A DNA stretch of 60,154 bases. Origin: an uncultured Bacilli bacterium (GTDB taxonomy: Bacteria > Bacillota_I > Bacilli_A > RF39 > UBA660). Numbering within the stretch: the first letter of the stretch is position 1; each line of letters starts with the position of its first letter. The stretch spans positions 1-60,154 of the forward strand of contig CALVVR010000002.1 of assembly GCA_944363915.1 (NCBI GenBank), read 5' to 3'. Of the stretch, positions 1 to 9,407 are shown piece after piece. The translations under genes and the position numbers were made by a program. The notes beneath the pieces are model-generated. The model saw only the letters and a program-made list of their open reading frames with translations, was not told where the DNA came from and searched no databases.

Positions 1-30
1 AAACTAATCCATTTCTGAATTAGTTATTTA

Positions 31-51
31 TCAAAACTCGAAAAGTTCGAG
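31..51 (-). terminator. Intrinsic terminator downstream of tRNA-Gly
   Basis: Minus-strand RNA reads CTCGAA-CTT-TTCGAG followed by TTTTGA, just 3' of the tRNA CCA end. Confidence 0.5.
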
Positions 52-63
52 CACATTTCACTA

Positions 64-138
64 TGGAGCAAGTGAGCGGAATCGAACCGCCGTCCCAGCC
101 TTGGCAAGGCCGTATACTAACCGCTGTACTACACCTGC
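64..138 (-). tRNA. tRNA-Gly (anticodon GCC), CCA encoded
   Basis: The reverse complement folds as a cloverleaf. Acceptor GCAGGTG/CACTTGC, D arm GTAC..GTAT, anticodon stem CGGCC/GGCTG with loop TTGCCAA, T arm GGCGG-TTCGATT-CCGCT, 3' TCCA. Confidence 0.93.
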
Positions 139-187
139 AAAACTAAGTATAATTATACAATAATTATATTTAATTGTAAATAGTTTT

Positions 188-1114
188 TTAAAAAATTATC
201 AAATATGCATAATAACAAATAAACAACAATACCATAATAACGCCTTCAAGCCTAGTAATTGTTCGCTCACTTCTACTTTGAAAATAAAACATAGCAGCGG
301 CTACAATGACAGCGATTAAATCAACATAATTAAACGCAGTACTATAAACAGAACCATAAATCAAAGTGGGAAGTCCCAAAACAATACATATATTAAATAT
401 ATTAGTACCAATGATATTTCCAACCGTCATATCAAACTCACCTTTTTTTGCTGAAGTTACTGTAATCATTAGCTCTGGTAGAGACGTTCCAATAACTATT
501 ACGATCATTGATATTAACTTAGTGGCTATATTTAATTTTTCAGATAAATATAAAGTAGAATTAACAATCAAATCACTAGAAAAAATAATAACTAAAATTG
601 ATAATATAGTTAAAATGATAGATTTAATTTTACTTACTTTAGCATATTCTTCATCAACTTTTCTAAACTTTTTTATCATCTTATATAAATATACACCAAA
701 TAAAACAAATAATAAAATTAATATACCAGCATCATATCTTGATAATACACCATCAGAAAATAAAATACAAAAAACGACTGTTGTTATAACTAAAAGAGGT
801 AATTCTTTACCAACTGTTACGGTTTTGACTTTGACTGGTTTAACAATACTAGCAAGTCCAATTATAAGTAAAATATTAACTACACAACTTCCAACTACAT
901 TGGCTAAAGTCAAATCATAATTATTAGAACCGATACTATTAAAGGAAATAGCTAATTCAGGTGCACAAGTACTAAATGAAGCAATAGTTAATGCAATAAC
1001 CATTTTAGGCACTTTAAAACTAGTGGCTAAATTAGAAGCACTATCAACAAATACATTTGAAGAAACGATAATTAAGATTAAACCTAAAATTAATAAACAT
1101 ATATTTAACAACAT
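188..1114 (-). CDS. Ca2+/Na+ antiporter family (CaCA, YrbG-like) membrane protein
   Basis: Polytopic membrane protein with two alpha-repeat motifs (ANVVGSCVVNILLIIGL and GNIIGTNIFNICIVLGL). ATG at 1114 follows AGGTGA; the ORF-track start at 1123 is a GTG inside the RBS. Confidence 0.8.
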   Translation of the reverse strand: MLLNICLLILGLILIIVSSNVFVDSASNLATSFKVPKMVIALTIASFSTCAPELAISFNSIGSNNYDLTLANVVGSCVVNILLIIGLASIVKPVKVKTVTVGKELPLLVITTVVFCILFSDGVLSRYDAGILILLFVLFGVYLYKMIKKFRKVDEEYAKVSKIKSIILTILSILVIIFSSDLIVNSTLYLSEKLNIATKLISMIVIVIGTSLPELMITVTSAKKGEFDMTVGNIIGTNIFNICIVLGLPTLIYGSVYSTAFNYVDLIAVIVAAAMFYFQSRSERTITRLEGVIMVLLFICYYAYLIIF

Positions 1115-1152
1115 AGCTATCACCTATTTTTATTATACCATAAAAAAGAGGT

Positions 1153-2796
1153 TTAAATCATTTTAAATCTCTTTTCAATTTTTTCTTTTCCTAATAATTT
1201 CATAATTTCATATAAATCTGGTGTCATCGCTTTTGTTGTTAAAGCAACTCTTAAAACATTACTAATATCGGCAACATTTCCTTTATATTGTGAAGGATTT
1301 TCTTTATATTTTTTCATATCAGAAGCATAACCTAACTCATCACAAACTTCTTTAATTTTATTAAACCAAGTATCTTTATCATCATTAATGTTATATTTAT
1401 TTAAATAAATATTTAATATTTTTCTTATTTCATCTTTATCAGTAATATTTTGCCATTCATAATTTAAATTATTAAATAATTCGTCATACATATACCAAAT
1501 ATAAGATTTAATACTACTATAAGATTCAAAATCTTTTCTTGGCTTTTTCTGCTCTCTTTCAATATTTAAAATAGCAATGGTATAATCTTTATATTTTACC
1601 AATAAATTATAAAAATCTTTATCAAATTCTAAAGCCCAAGAAAGTGTAGCTTCATAAACATCGACCGCTTTTAAACGACTAATATAGTTTTTAGAAATAT
1701 TAAATAATTTATTAACATCAAATAAAGAACCACTTTTACTCATTTTAGCATAGTCGAATTTAAATTCATCAATTGATTTATCAGGATTAGCATCCATCCA
1801 ACCTTCAAAGTTCGAATTAGCAATTGTCATTAAATATAAGTTAACAGCCTCAACTGGTATACCTTTTTCATGATAATAACTGACAGCTGCTTCCGGATCT
1901 TTTCGTTTAGATAACTTTCTTCTAACTCCCTCGTCATCAATTTTCATCAACAGTCCTAAATGGCAAAATTTAGGAATTTCAAAACCAAATTTATTAAATA
2001 ATTCAATATGTAAAGGGGTTGAAGGCAACCACTCCTCGCCTCTTGAAATATGCGTTGTATGCATTAGATGATCATCAATAACATGAGCAAAATGATATAC
2101 TGGTACCCCATCACTTTTAATCAAAACATGATCGATATCATTTTCTGGATATTCAATTCTTCCTCTAACTAAATCATTAATTAATACTCTTTTATTAAAA
2201 TCTCCTGTTGATTTTAAACGAAGAACAAATTTTTCACAATTTTGAATTCTTTTGGCTTTTTCTTCATTAGAAACAAAACGATATTTAGCATACTTACCAT
2301 AATAACCAACTCTTTGTTTCTGCGCTTCTTGTAATGATCTAATTTCATCTAATTCTTCTTCACTACAAAAGCAAGGATAAGCATAATCATTTTCAACTAA
2401 CCATTTAGCAAATGTATGATATATTTCGATTCTTTTACTTTGAATGTAAGGACCATAGTTACCTATTTCTTCAGTTTCACTTAATGCACCTTCATCAATT
2501 TTAATATTAAAAGATTTCAAATCATTAATAATTCCTTCAATACCATTTTCGACTGTTCTTTTACCATCAGTATCTTCAATTCTTAAATAAAAAACTCCAT
2601 TTGTGTCTTTAGTAGCTTTTCTAGAAACAAAAGCGGCTAGTAAACTTCCCATATGAACAAATCCCGTTGGACTTGGTGCGAATCTAGTAACAATCGCTTT
2701 TTCATCTAAATCTCTTTTAGGATACATTTTTTCATAATCTTCAATTGTTTTCGAAACATCTGGATACATTATATCAGCAAGTTCTTTATTAGTCAT
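1153..2796 (-). CDS. gltX: Glutamate--tRNA ligase
   Basis: RFAPSPTGFVHMGS (HIGH-type) and KLSKRK (KMSKS-type) class I motifs. ATG at 2796 is preceded by AAGGAG. Confidence 0.9.
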   Translation of the reverse strand: MTNKELADIMYPDVSKTIEDYEKMYPKRDLDEKAIVTRFAPSPTGFVHMGSLLAAFVSRKATKDTNGVFYLRIEDTDGKRTVENGIEGIINDLKSFNIKIDEGALSETEEIGNYGPYIQSKRIEIYHTFAKWLVENDYAYPCFCSEEELDEIRSLQEAQKQRVGYYGKYAKYRFVSNEEKAKRIQNCEKFVLRLKSTGDFNKRVLINDLVRGRIEYPENDIDHVLIKSDGVPVYHFAHVIDDHLMHTTHISRGEEWLPSTPLHIELFNKFGFEIPKFCHLGLLMKIDDEGVRRKLSKRKDPEAAVSYYHEKGIPVEAVNLYLMTIANSNFEGWMDANPDKSIDEFKFDYAKMSKSGSLFDVNKLFNISKNYISRLKAVDVYEATLSWALEFDKDFYNLLVKYKDYTIAILNIEREQKKPRKDFESYSSIKSYIWYMYDELFNNLNYEWQNITDKDEIRKILNIYLNKYNINDDKDTWFNKIKEVCDELGYASDMKKYKENPSQYKGNVADISNVLRVALTTKAMTPDLYEIMKLLGKEKIEKRFKMI

Positions 2797-2848
2797 TATT
2801 ATCACTCCTTCAAGTATTATATCATAAAAAAAAGTATATTTAATACTT

Positions 2849-3058
2849 TTACATATATTTTGTCATTGATTTCATCATTTGATTAACTTGCTTTTGACTT
2901 GGTGTTCTCCCCATTTGCGTCATCATTGCTTTAATCATTTGTTCATTAATTGGTGGATTTTTCTTAATTTGTTTTTGAATTAAATGACGTGCTACAAAAA
3001 AACCAATTATTCCACCAACAACTAAACCAATTAATAAATATAATAAATTCCATAACAT
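2849..3058 (-). CDS. yneF: UPF0154 / YneF-family small membrane protein
   Basis: One N-terminal TM helix plus a conserved basic tail ([34 protein letters not shown]). Sits beside tkt-sirA as in B. subtilis. ATG at 3058 after AAGGAG. Confidence 0.75.
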   Translation of the reverse strand: MLWNLLYLLIGLVVGGIIGFFVARHLIQKQIKKNPPINEQMIKAMMTQMGRTPSQKQVNQMMKSMTKYM

Positions 3059-3140
3059 TATTATCAACTCCTTAATATATTTTACTATTTTTTTCTTAAT
3101 TTTTCAATATTTTCTTTTAAAACTATAATTGAATATTTTA

Positions 3141-3533
3141 CTATACACAAATTAAATTCTCTTTTTTATTTAACCAAAAATAGTCATTATTGACAAAATC
3201 ACAAACAAAAAAACAGCTACTATAATTACTAAAATCATTGATAATTTTAGAATCGTATTTACATCTTATTATTATTCTTGTATGTTTTAATTCAACAAAT
3301 GATTTATCAATATAAAAAGTACGTTCGTTATCTAAATGATATTTTCTATTTAAATAATATTTTAAATTAAAAGTATTTATTCTTTCACATAACTGACTAT
3401 ATAAAGAAATTCCATAGTTAAAATTTTCTTTCATGCTATATAATTTTTTTAATATATCAAATAAAAATAAAGGATTTTTTTGATAATATTCATAATATTC
3501 TTTTTTTATAACAAAAAGATTATATTCTCGCAT
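3141..3533 (-). CDS. sirA: SirA-like protein (sporulation inhibitor of replication, YneE family)
   Basis: Lies between tkt and yneF exactly as B. subtilis sirA does. The N-terminal Y.L..IK.E..Y pattern and the C-terminal F..CDF...DYFWLN.KEN..V resemble my recollection of SirA. Not verified by search. Confidence 0.5.
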   Translation of the reverse strand: MREYNLFVIKKEYYEYYQKNPLFLFDILKKLYSMKENFNYGISLYSQLCERINTFNLKYYLNRKYHLDNERTFYIDKSFVELKHTRIIIRCKYDSKIINDFSNYSSCFFVCDFVNNDYFWLNKKENLICV

Positions 3534-3581
3534 TAGTATCACCTATTACAATTATATAATCTTTAATTTGCAAAAATTGTC

Positions 3582-5510
3582 TTATTTTAAGAGTTTGATA
3601 ATTTTTTTTAAAATTTGATCGTAACTAAATTCCATTTCATTAGCCACTTCTTCTTTAGTACCGCTATACCCAAATTTATCTAAAGTTATCAAATATTTAT
3701 CATTATAAACAAATCCTTCCCAACCTTGTTTACTACCTGCTTCAATAACAATTACTCGGTAACCTTTCGGTAAAATTTCTTCTTGGTATTCTTTACTTTG
3801 TTTTAAAAATAATTCACGATTGGGCATACTTATAACTCTAATGTCTAGTTTATACATTTCGTATAAAGTATTAGCTATTTTAATACTTAACTCTACTTCA
3901 CTACCAGTACTAATAATTATAGCGTGTAAATTATCTTCTTTTCTAACAATATATCCACCATAACTTACTGAATGACGATCTGTTTTGTCTAATAAACTAA
4001 CTTCATTTCTTGATAATACTAAACAACTTGGTTTTTTATTATTAATAATATATTCCCAACAACCAGTTATCTCTTTAGCATCAGCAGGTCTAAACACAGC
4101 TAAGTTAGGAATACTTCTTAGAGAAGCTAATTGCTCAATTGGTTGATGAGTTGGGCCATCTTGACCAATATTAATTGAATCATGAGTAAAAATATAAATA
4201 ACTGGTAAATTCATTAATGCACTCATTCTAATTGCTGGTTTTAAATAATCAGAAAAAACTAAGAAAGTTGAACCAAAAGCATAAAAATTATTCAAAGCTA
4301 AACCATTTAAAATTGCTCCCATTGCATGTTCGCGAACACCAAAATTAATATTATTTCCTACAAATTTATTTAAAGTATTAGGTAAAACAGCTTTGGTTGA
4401 AGATCCTAAATCTGCACTTCCACCGATAAAATTAGGAATTATTTTGGCTATTTCTTGCATTATTTTACCATTACTTACTCTTAATGATTCTTTTAAACTA
4501 TAATCAAAAAGCAAATTTCCTAAATCGATTCGAATATCTTCTTTTTGATAATTAAATTCATTAACTTGTTTATTAAATGGTTCATATTTTTTTAAACTTC
4601 TTTCAGAAATTTGTTTAATAAAATTTTTTCTAGCTTCTTCATTAACATAAAATTCCTCTGGTTCAATCTTTAATTTTAGTTTTAATTTTGTAATATCGTC
4701 TTTATCTAAAGGTGAGCCATGAACTTTATTAGTATTCTCATAAATAGAACCTTCACCAATAATGGTTTTTATTTGAATAAGTGTTGGTTTATTACTTTTT
4801 TTAGCTTCTTCAATAGCCTTATCAATACTAGATATAATCGTTCCATCTTTTACTTGAATTGTATTCCAATTTAAAGCTTCAAAACGTTCAATAATATTAT
4901 CATCAAAAACGCCATCAGTTCTGCCATCTAAACTGACATTATTGGAATCGTATAAAACGATTAAATTATTAAGTTTTAAACTACCTGCTAAAGAGGTGGC
5001 CTCATAACTAATTCCTTCCATTAAATCGCCATCGCCACATAAAACATAAACATTATAATCAAATAAACTCTGTTCTTTTCCTAACTTACTTTTTTTAGGA
5101 ATTTCGTACTGTTTGTTTAGTATTTTACCAGCTAAAGCCATTCCTACTGCTGAAGCAATACCTTGTCCCAAAGGCCCTGTCGACATATCAACACCATCAG
5201 TAACACCATATTCAGGATGTCCAGGTGTTTTAGAATGAATATGCCTAAATTGCTTTAAATCCTCAATAGTCAAATTAAATCCAGCCATATACAAAGTAGC
5301 ATATAATAAAGCCGAACCATGCCCAGCCGACAAAACAAAACGGTCTCTATTTTCCCATAACGGATCATTAGGATTTACGTTCATATGTTTAGCATAAAGC
5401 GTATATATAATTGAAGCAGCACCTAAAACAATGCCCGGATGGCCACTTCCCGCTTTATCGATCATATCAATTCCTAAACTTTTAATATTATTAACTATTT
5501 CTCGGTCCAT
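3582..5510 (-). CDS. tkt: Transketolase
   Basis: GSGHPG, GDGDLMEG (TPP-binding) and THDSI..G.DGPTHQP motifs. ATG at 5510 is preceded by GAGGTG; the ORF-track extension to 5570 has no RBS. Confidence 0.95.
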   Translation of the reverse strand: MDREIVNNIKSLGIDMIDKAGSGHPGIVLGAASIIYTLYAKHMNVNPNDPLWENRDRFVLSAGHGSALLYATLYMAGFNLTIEDLKQFRHIHSKTPGHPEYGVTDGVDMSTGPLGQGIASAVGMALAGKILNKQYEIPKKSKLGKEQSLFDYNVYVLCGDGDLMEGISYEATSLAGSLKLNNLIVLYDSNNVSLDGRTDGVFDDNIIERFEALNWNTIQVKDGTIISSIDKAIEEAKKSNKPTLIQIKTIIGEGSIYENTNKVHGSPLDKDDITKLKLKLKIEPEEFYVNEEARKNFIKQISERSLKKYEPFNKQVNEFNYQKEDIRIDLGNLLFDYSLKESLRVSNGKIMQEIAKIIPNFIGGSADLGSSTKAVLPNTLNKFVGNNINFGVREHAMGAILNGLALNNFYAFGSTFLVFSDYLKPAIRMSALMNLPVIYIFTHDSINIGQDGPTHQPIEQLASLRSIPNLAVFRPADAKEITGCWEYIINNKKPSCLVLSRNEVSLLDKTDRHSVSYGGYIVRKEDNLHAIIISTGSEVELSIKIANTLYEMYKLDIRVISMPNRELFLKQSKEYQEEILPKGYRVIVIEAGSKQGWEGFVYNDKYLITLDKFGYSGTKEEVANEMEFSYDQILKKIIKLLK

Positions 5511-5554
5511 TATTATCACCTCTTTTATTTTTTTCATTATATCATATTTTATAC

Positions 5555-5738
5555 AAAAAAAAAAGTCCAAGAATACGGGGCCCTTAACGATAAAACCTAG
5601 TCTCTACCAGGTGGGCATCACATCATCAACTTTAGGATTCTCAAAATTAATTGAGCGTTCAACACCATCGATGAATTAGATTCCCAATATTCGTTAATTA
5701 GTCGGTTTTTCTAAACGAGCTTATCGCTATTCTTAGAC
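5555..5738 (-). ncRNA. Stand-alone ~175-nt rod-shaped RNA, 6S RNA-like
   Basis: Extended -10 TGATATAAT at 5753-5745 places +1 at G5738. The 5' GUCUAAGAAUA pairs with the 3' UAUUCUUGGAC, followed by a U10 tract (5564-5555). Internal helices are UCAUCGAU/GUUGAUGA, GGG/CCC and an apical hairpin CUCAA-UUAAUU-UUGAG. A large asymmetric internal bubble lies between the closing and apical stems. No coding potential. Confidence 0.6.
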
Positions 5739-5836
5739 ATTTATATTATATCATATTTTTAAATAAATATACTGTTTATAATTAATATTTTCACACTTTC
5801 CCAAAATGTTAATTATTTGTTTTATAAACATAATTG

Positions 5837-6649
5837 TTAATAATTTGTTGGTTTATTAAGCCAAAACAATAGTTTACATAATGTTTTTCCTCTAGTTTCA
5901 TTATGTTTTTTTACTTTTTCTAATCCAGAAGAGCATAAATGACTATCTTTAGATAACGAAGGAGTTACTTTAATCACGCCACTAAATTTATCTTTTACTT
6001 CTTTATAAATTTTAATAAATTCTAACATTTCTTCTTCTGTTAACATTAATTCTTTATCTTTTTCCTGAGGTACAAAGTTCAAAACACTAATGTTTTTAAC
6101 GCCACACATTTCTGATATTTCAACTATTTCTTTAAATTTTTTATAATTAGTTTTTAAAGGAACAAAATGAACATCAATATCTAATCCAAATAAGCTAGCT
6201 TTTAACATTGAATCAGCCACACAATTAAATTGATTTTTAAACTCTTCTGAATAATTATCAACTTCAAATTCTTGAAGTTTAAAAACAATTTTATCTAATC
6301 CCACTTCTTTTAACAAAAGCAAATCCTTTTTATCAATTCCCGAAAATGTATAATTATCATATGTTTCATCAATATCATTTTTTTTAATTACCACACTAGT
6401 GAATAAAATTACTTTAATATTTCTTTCTTTACAATAACTTATCATTTCAAAAATATTAGGATGTAATAGTGGTTCGCCACCAGATAAAGATATTTCTTTT
6501 ATTTTACCATCGGATAACAAATGGTCAATCGTTTTTTTAAACAGATTCAAATCAACCATTTTAGTTTTATCATTTGAAGAATATGGCAAGGAAAAAACAC
6601 AATCATTAGAAAAAGAATTTATTATTTCAAAGCATAAATCTTTAATCAT
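5837..6649 (-). CDS. Radical-SAM-like protein lacking the CX3CX2C cluster motif
   Basis: Retains SLSGGEPLLH (GGE SAM motif) and TIM-barrel-like periodicity. The EITN.C...C..C position reads EIINSFSNDCVFS, so only one of three Cys is kept. ATGA overlap with the upstream PP-loop gene. Confidence 0.6.
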   Translation of the reverse strand: MIKDLCFEIINSFSNDCVFSLPYSSNDKTKMVDLNLFKKTIDHLLSDGKIKEISLSGGEPLLHPNIFEMISYCKERNIKVILFTSVVIKKNDIDETYDNYTFSGIDKKDLLLLKEVGLDKIVFKLQEFEVDNYSEEFKNQFNCVADSMLKASLFGLDIDVHFVPLKTNYKKFKEIVEISEMCGVKNISVLNFVPQEKDKELMLTEEEMLEFIKIYKEVKDKFSGVIKVTPSLSKDSHLCSSGLEKVKKHNETRGKTLCKLLFWLNKPTNY

Positions 6650-7416
6650 TTTTTACACCCCAAAATTGTATTTAAATTAACATTTTTTGTACTTGTCATA
6701 ATATTGACGTCAGCTTTACTATATATTTGGTTGAGCTCTTTAATTAAATTTTTAATAATTATCCTTTGACCACTATTTTTTTTAGTAACTTTACAAGCAC
6801 AATCTAAAAATTCTAATTCATTAGCTTTACTCCATTTAATAATATCTTCTTCTTTAACATAGTAAAGTGGTCTAATTAAAGTCATACCTTCAAAATTAGT
6901 ACTTTTTACCTTTGGAACCATACTACTAAAGTTACCATTAAAAATCATATTTAATAAAACTGTTTCGATTACATCGTTAAAATGGTGGCCTAGCGCTATT
7001 TTGTTACAGCCAATACCTTTCGCATAACTATACAAATAACCTCTGCGCATTTTCGCACACATATAACAAGGGTTATCGGTTTTATCAGCTATGTCAAAAA
7101 TAGGTGTTTCAAATATATGAGCTTGAATATTTAAATGATTTAAATTTTCTTTTATCTTATTAATATTTTCTTCACTATATCCTGGATTCATTACAATAAA
7201 TTCTAAATCAAAATTAAACTTACCATGTTTTTTTATTTCTTGCATACATTTAGCCAATAAAAACGAATCCTTTCCACCACTAATACAAACGGCAATTTTA
7301 TCATTTTCTTCAATTAAATTGAATTCTTTAATTGCTTTAACAAAAGGAACAAAGATTTTTTTTCGATATTTTTTAATAATGCTTCTTTCAATTTCTTTTA
7401 ATTCCATAAACATCAC
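6646..7416 (-). CDS. ttcA: PP-loop ATPase, TtcA-like tRNA thiolation family
   Basis: SGGKDS PP-loop and CYMCAKMRRG (C..C...RRG) motifs typical of TtcA. Start is ambiguous (GTG 7416, ATG 7413 or 7407) with a weak RBS. Confidence 0.7.
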   Translation of the reverse strand: MMFMELKEIERSIIKKYRKKIFVPFVKAIKEFNLIEENDKIAVCISGGKDSFLLAKCMQEIKKHGKFNFDLEFIVMNPGYSEENINKIKENLNHLNIQAHIFETPIFDIADKTDNPCYMCAKMRRGYLYSYAKGIGCNKIALGHHFNDVIETVLLNMIFNGNFSSMVPKVKSTNFEGMTLIRPLYYVKEEDIIKWSKANELEFLDCACKVTKKNSGQRIIIKNLIKELNQIYSKADVNIMTSTKNVNLNTILGCKK

Positions 7417-7440
7417 GCTATTTATTATACATTAAATTTT

Positions 7441-7479
7441 AAAAAATACAAAATAAAATCGATAAATTAATATCGATTT
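7441..7479 (-). terminator. Intrinsic terminator after the SLT-domain gene
   Basis: AAATCGATA-loop-TATCGATTT hairpin overlapping the stop codon, then a U-rich run on the minus strand. Confidence 0.6.
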
Positions 7480-8831
7480 CATAAAATATGATCATTATTA
7501 TCAAGACTAGAAAGAGAAACCTTAATAACATCATTATTGATTAAATTAGTTTGAACAATATTCCCATTTACAATATTGCTACTATAAATACCCAAATAAT
7601 AACCATAGAGATTTTTCAAATAATCACTTGTACCATAATTACCATATTGCCAATTTTTTAAATATTTAATAGTTGCATTATAGTTACTATATTTATTTAG
7701 ATCTAGTGAATTAGCAAAGCCAATTGGATCATTACTAACTTGGCTAACATATTTTAACCAGCCAGTATCTTCATAATTATTAACAACATCATCAAAGGAA
7801 ATTCCTTTTTCATCGGCATATATTTGAATGATTAAATCGACTAATCCATGACCAAAATTATATGATTGAAGAGCTAATTTTTCGTTACCATGATATCGTT
7901 CCAACATATTTTGATAACGCATTACGCCAATTTTTATATTAGTTCTTTTATCTAAGGCATTTTCCATTGTTTCATAAATTGTTTCATATTGATTAGTATT
8001 ATAATTAAACGCTGTCACTTCTTGACCACTAGGTGTTTCTAGCTGACAAATGCCAACACCAAAACCATTATAATTCTCACCACCAGGAATAGTACTTTCA
8101 TGATTTAAACTTGATTCATTCATCATTAAACATAGAAAAGTATAAGGATCTATTCCGAAATCAGAAGAAATCTGAAAAAAATACTTTCCATCATCAGATT
8201 TAATAAAATTTACGATCTTATTTATGGTATATTCATTCATTTTAGTTGATATTGGAATATCTGAATTGTTAGAAATTTGATTATTTACTAATTGATAAGT
8301 CTGATTAATTCTTTGTTCTAATTCAAAATTATCTTCACTAACTAATTGAGGAGTTTCAATAATTTCAAATTCAACTTTGCTTTCTGGTAAATCAGTTTTA
8401 GCATAGTTGCTAGTTTCAACGCCTTTAATATATTCAGTGCCCAAACTTTGATTATCAAAAGAAGTTGTCATACCAATAATTGATGAAGCTAAGATAACGG
8501 TGGTCAAAGCCAAGGTTGCTAATTTCTTATTATTTTTTTTAACTTTTCTAATAATTGGTGTGTTTTCATCAATATTATCTAAAACTTTTCTATATAATAC
8601 TGTGTCAATATTTTGTCTATATCCTTTTAAAATTAAAATATTATTTTTGGAATAAACTATTTTTATGTCATTATTGTTAACTTCGATAAAGCATGGATTA
8701 CTTGATAAACTATCAAGTCCACTTTCAATTCGCATCATACTATTTGTTCTTCTTATTCTCTTTTGACCATTAGTACGATAAGTAGTGGTTTGACGAAAAC
8801 AATTATCAACCTTTTCAATTATGACTTCCAT
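7479..8831 (-). CDS. Membrane-anchored lytic transglycosylase (SLT domain) protein
   Basis: About 100-aa cytoplasmic N-terminus, one TM helix (LATLALTTVILASSIIGM), and a C-terminal SLT-like region (MMNESSLN, GVGICQL, YNFGHG). GAGGTGA RBS before the ATG at 8831. Confidence 0.7.
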   Translation of the reverse strand: MEVIIEKVDNCFRQTTTYRTNGQKRIRRTNSMMRIESGLDSLSSNPCFIEVNNNDIKIVYSKNNILILKGYRQNIDTVLYRKVLDNIDENTPIIRKVKKNNKKLATLALTTVILASSIIGMTTSFDNQSLGTEYIKGVETSNYAKTDLPESKVEFEIIETPQLVSEDNFELEQRINQTYQLVNNQISNNSDIPISTKMNEYTINKIVNFIKSDDGKYFFQISSDFGIDPYTFLCLMMNESSLNHESTIPGGENYNGFGVGICQLETPSGQEVTAFNYNTNQYETIYETMENALDKRTNIKIGVMRYQNMLERYHGNEKLALQSYNFGHGLVDLIIQIYADEKGISFDDVVNNYEDTGWLKYVSQVSNDPIGFANSLDLNKYSNYNATIKYLKNWQYGNYGTSDYLKNLYGYYLGIYSSNIVNGNIVQTNLINNDVIKVSLSSLDNNDHIL

Positions 8832-8837
8832 TAGTAA

Positions 8838-9407
8838 TCACCTCTTTATACTAATACTTATTCCATCTCCAATATCATAAAATGTTGTTATATATTTATC
8901 ATTATTTTTTAAAAAATCGATGTAATCAGATATCTTTCTAACTAGTTGCTTTAAATTACGGCTCATTTTTTCATCACTACCAACTAAACCATGAAATTTA
9001 ATATTATCGGTAATGATATATTTATTATAATTTAAATTTCTTTCAAATTTGTTAAAAAATTTAATACTTTGAGCTTTAGCAGCATCGATAAAAATTAAAT
9101 CAAATTTTTCATCTAATTCAACATTAAAAGCATCTTGATTAATTAATTTAATTCTGTTTTCTAAATTAAGTAATTTAATATTTTTAACAGCTTCTTTATA
9201 TCTTTCATAATCACGTTCAATCGATACAATTTCAACATCTTCATTAACTAAAGCCATTTTAATAGCAGAATAGCCAATCGCTGTTCCGATTTCTAAGATT
9301 TTTTTTATATTATTTTTTTTAATAAAATCAGTTAGAAATTCAATCCCTTCTTTTTGCATAATTGGAATATTATATTCTTTAGCGTATTTTTCAATATTTT
9401 CTAACAT
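8838..9407 (-). CDS. trmR: SAM-dependent O-methyltransferase, YrrM/TrmR family
   Basis: Class I methyltransferase motif ILEIGTAIGYS and the FIDA.K motif. Lies downstream of mltG as B. subtilis yrrM does. An alternative ATG at 9431 has no RBS. Confidence 0.75.
   Translation of the reverse strand: MLENIEKYAKEYNIPIMQKEGIEFLTDFIKKNNIKKILEIGTAIGYSAIKMALVNEDVEIVSIERDYERYKEAVKNIKLLNLENRIKLINQDAFNVELDEKFDLIFIDAAKAQSIKFFNKFERNLNYNKYIITDNIKFHGLVGSDEKMSRNLKQLVRKISDYIDFLKNNDKYITTFYDIGDGISISIKR

Noticed and set aside
366-920. Long plus-strand ORF antisense to the CaCA transporter gene. There are many similar antisense or alternate-frame ORFs in the track: 16596-16802, 19068-19349, 23430-23797, 25639-25863, 27847-28524, 28917-29150, 30254-30457, 32630-32869, 34292-34534, 42763-44073, 45987-46421, 47370-47582, 48082-48378, 49901-50086 and 59714-60007.
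   Set aside because: All lie inside well-supported genes with recognisable motifs and have low-complexity, Ile/Leu/Ser/Phe-rich translations with no RBS. They are shadow ORFs, as expected in AT-rich DNA.
5431-5679. 82-aa plus-strand ORF spanning the tkt start and the intergenic region.
   Set aside because: It overlaps the tkt N-terminus antisense and the structured RNA. It has no RBS, and the region is better explained by the promoter/terminator-bounded ncRNA on the minus strand.
5555-5738. Alternative identities for the structured RNA: SRP (4.5S/scRNA) RNA, tmRNA, a TPP riboswitch or a T-box leader for tkt.
   Set aside because: There are no SRP domain IV motifs (GGAA/AGCA asymmetric loops, GNAR tetraloop), no tRNA-like end, no CUGAGA/ACCUGA TPP motifs and no T-box 14-mer. 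The end-to-end pairing and central bubble fit 6S better, though this is unverified.
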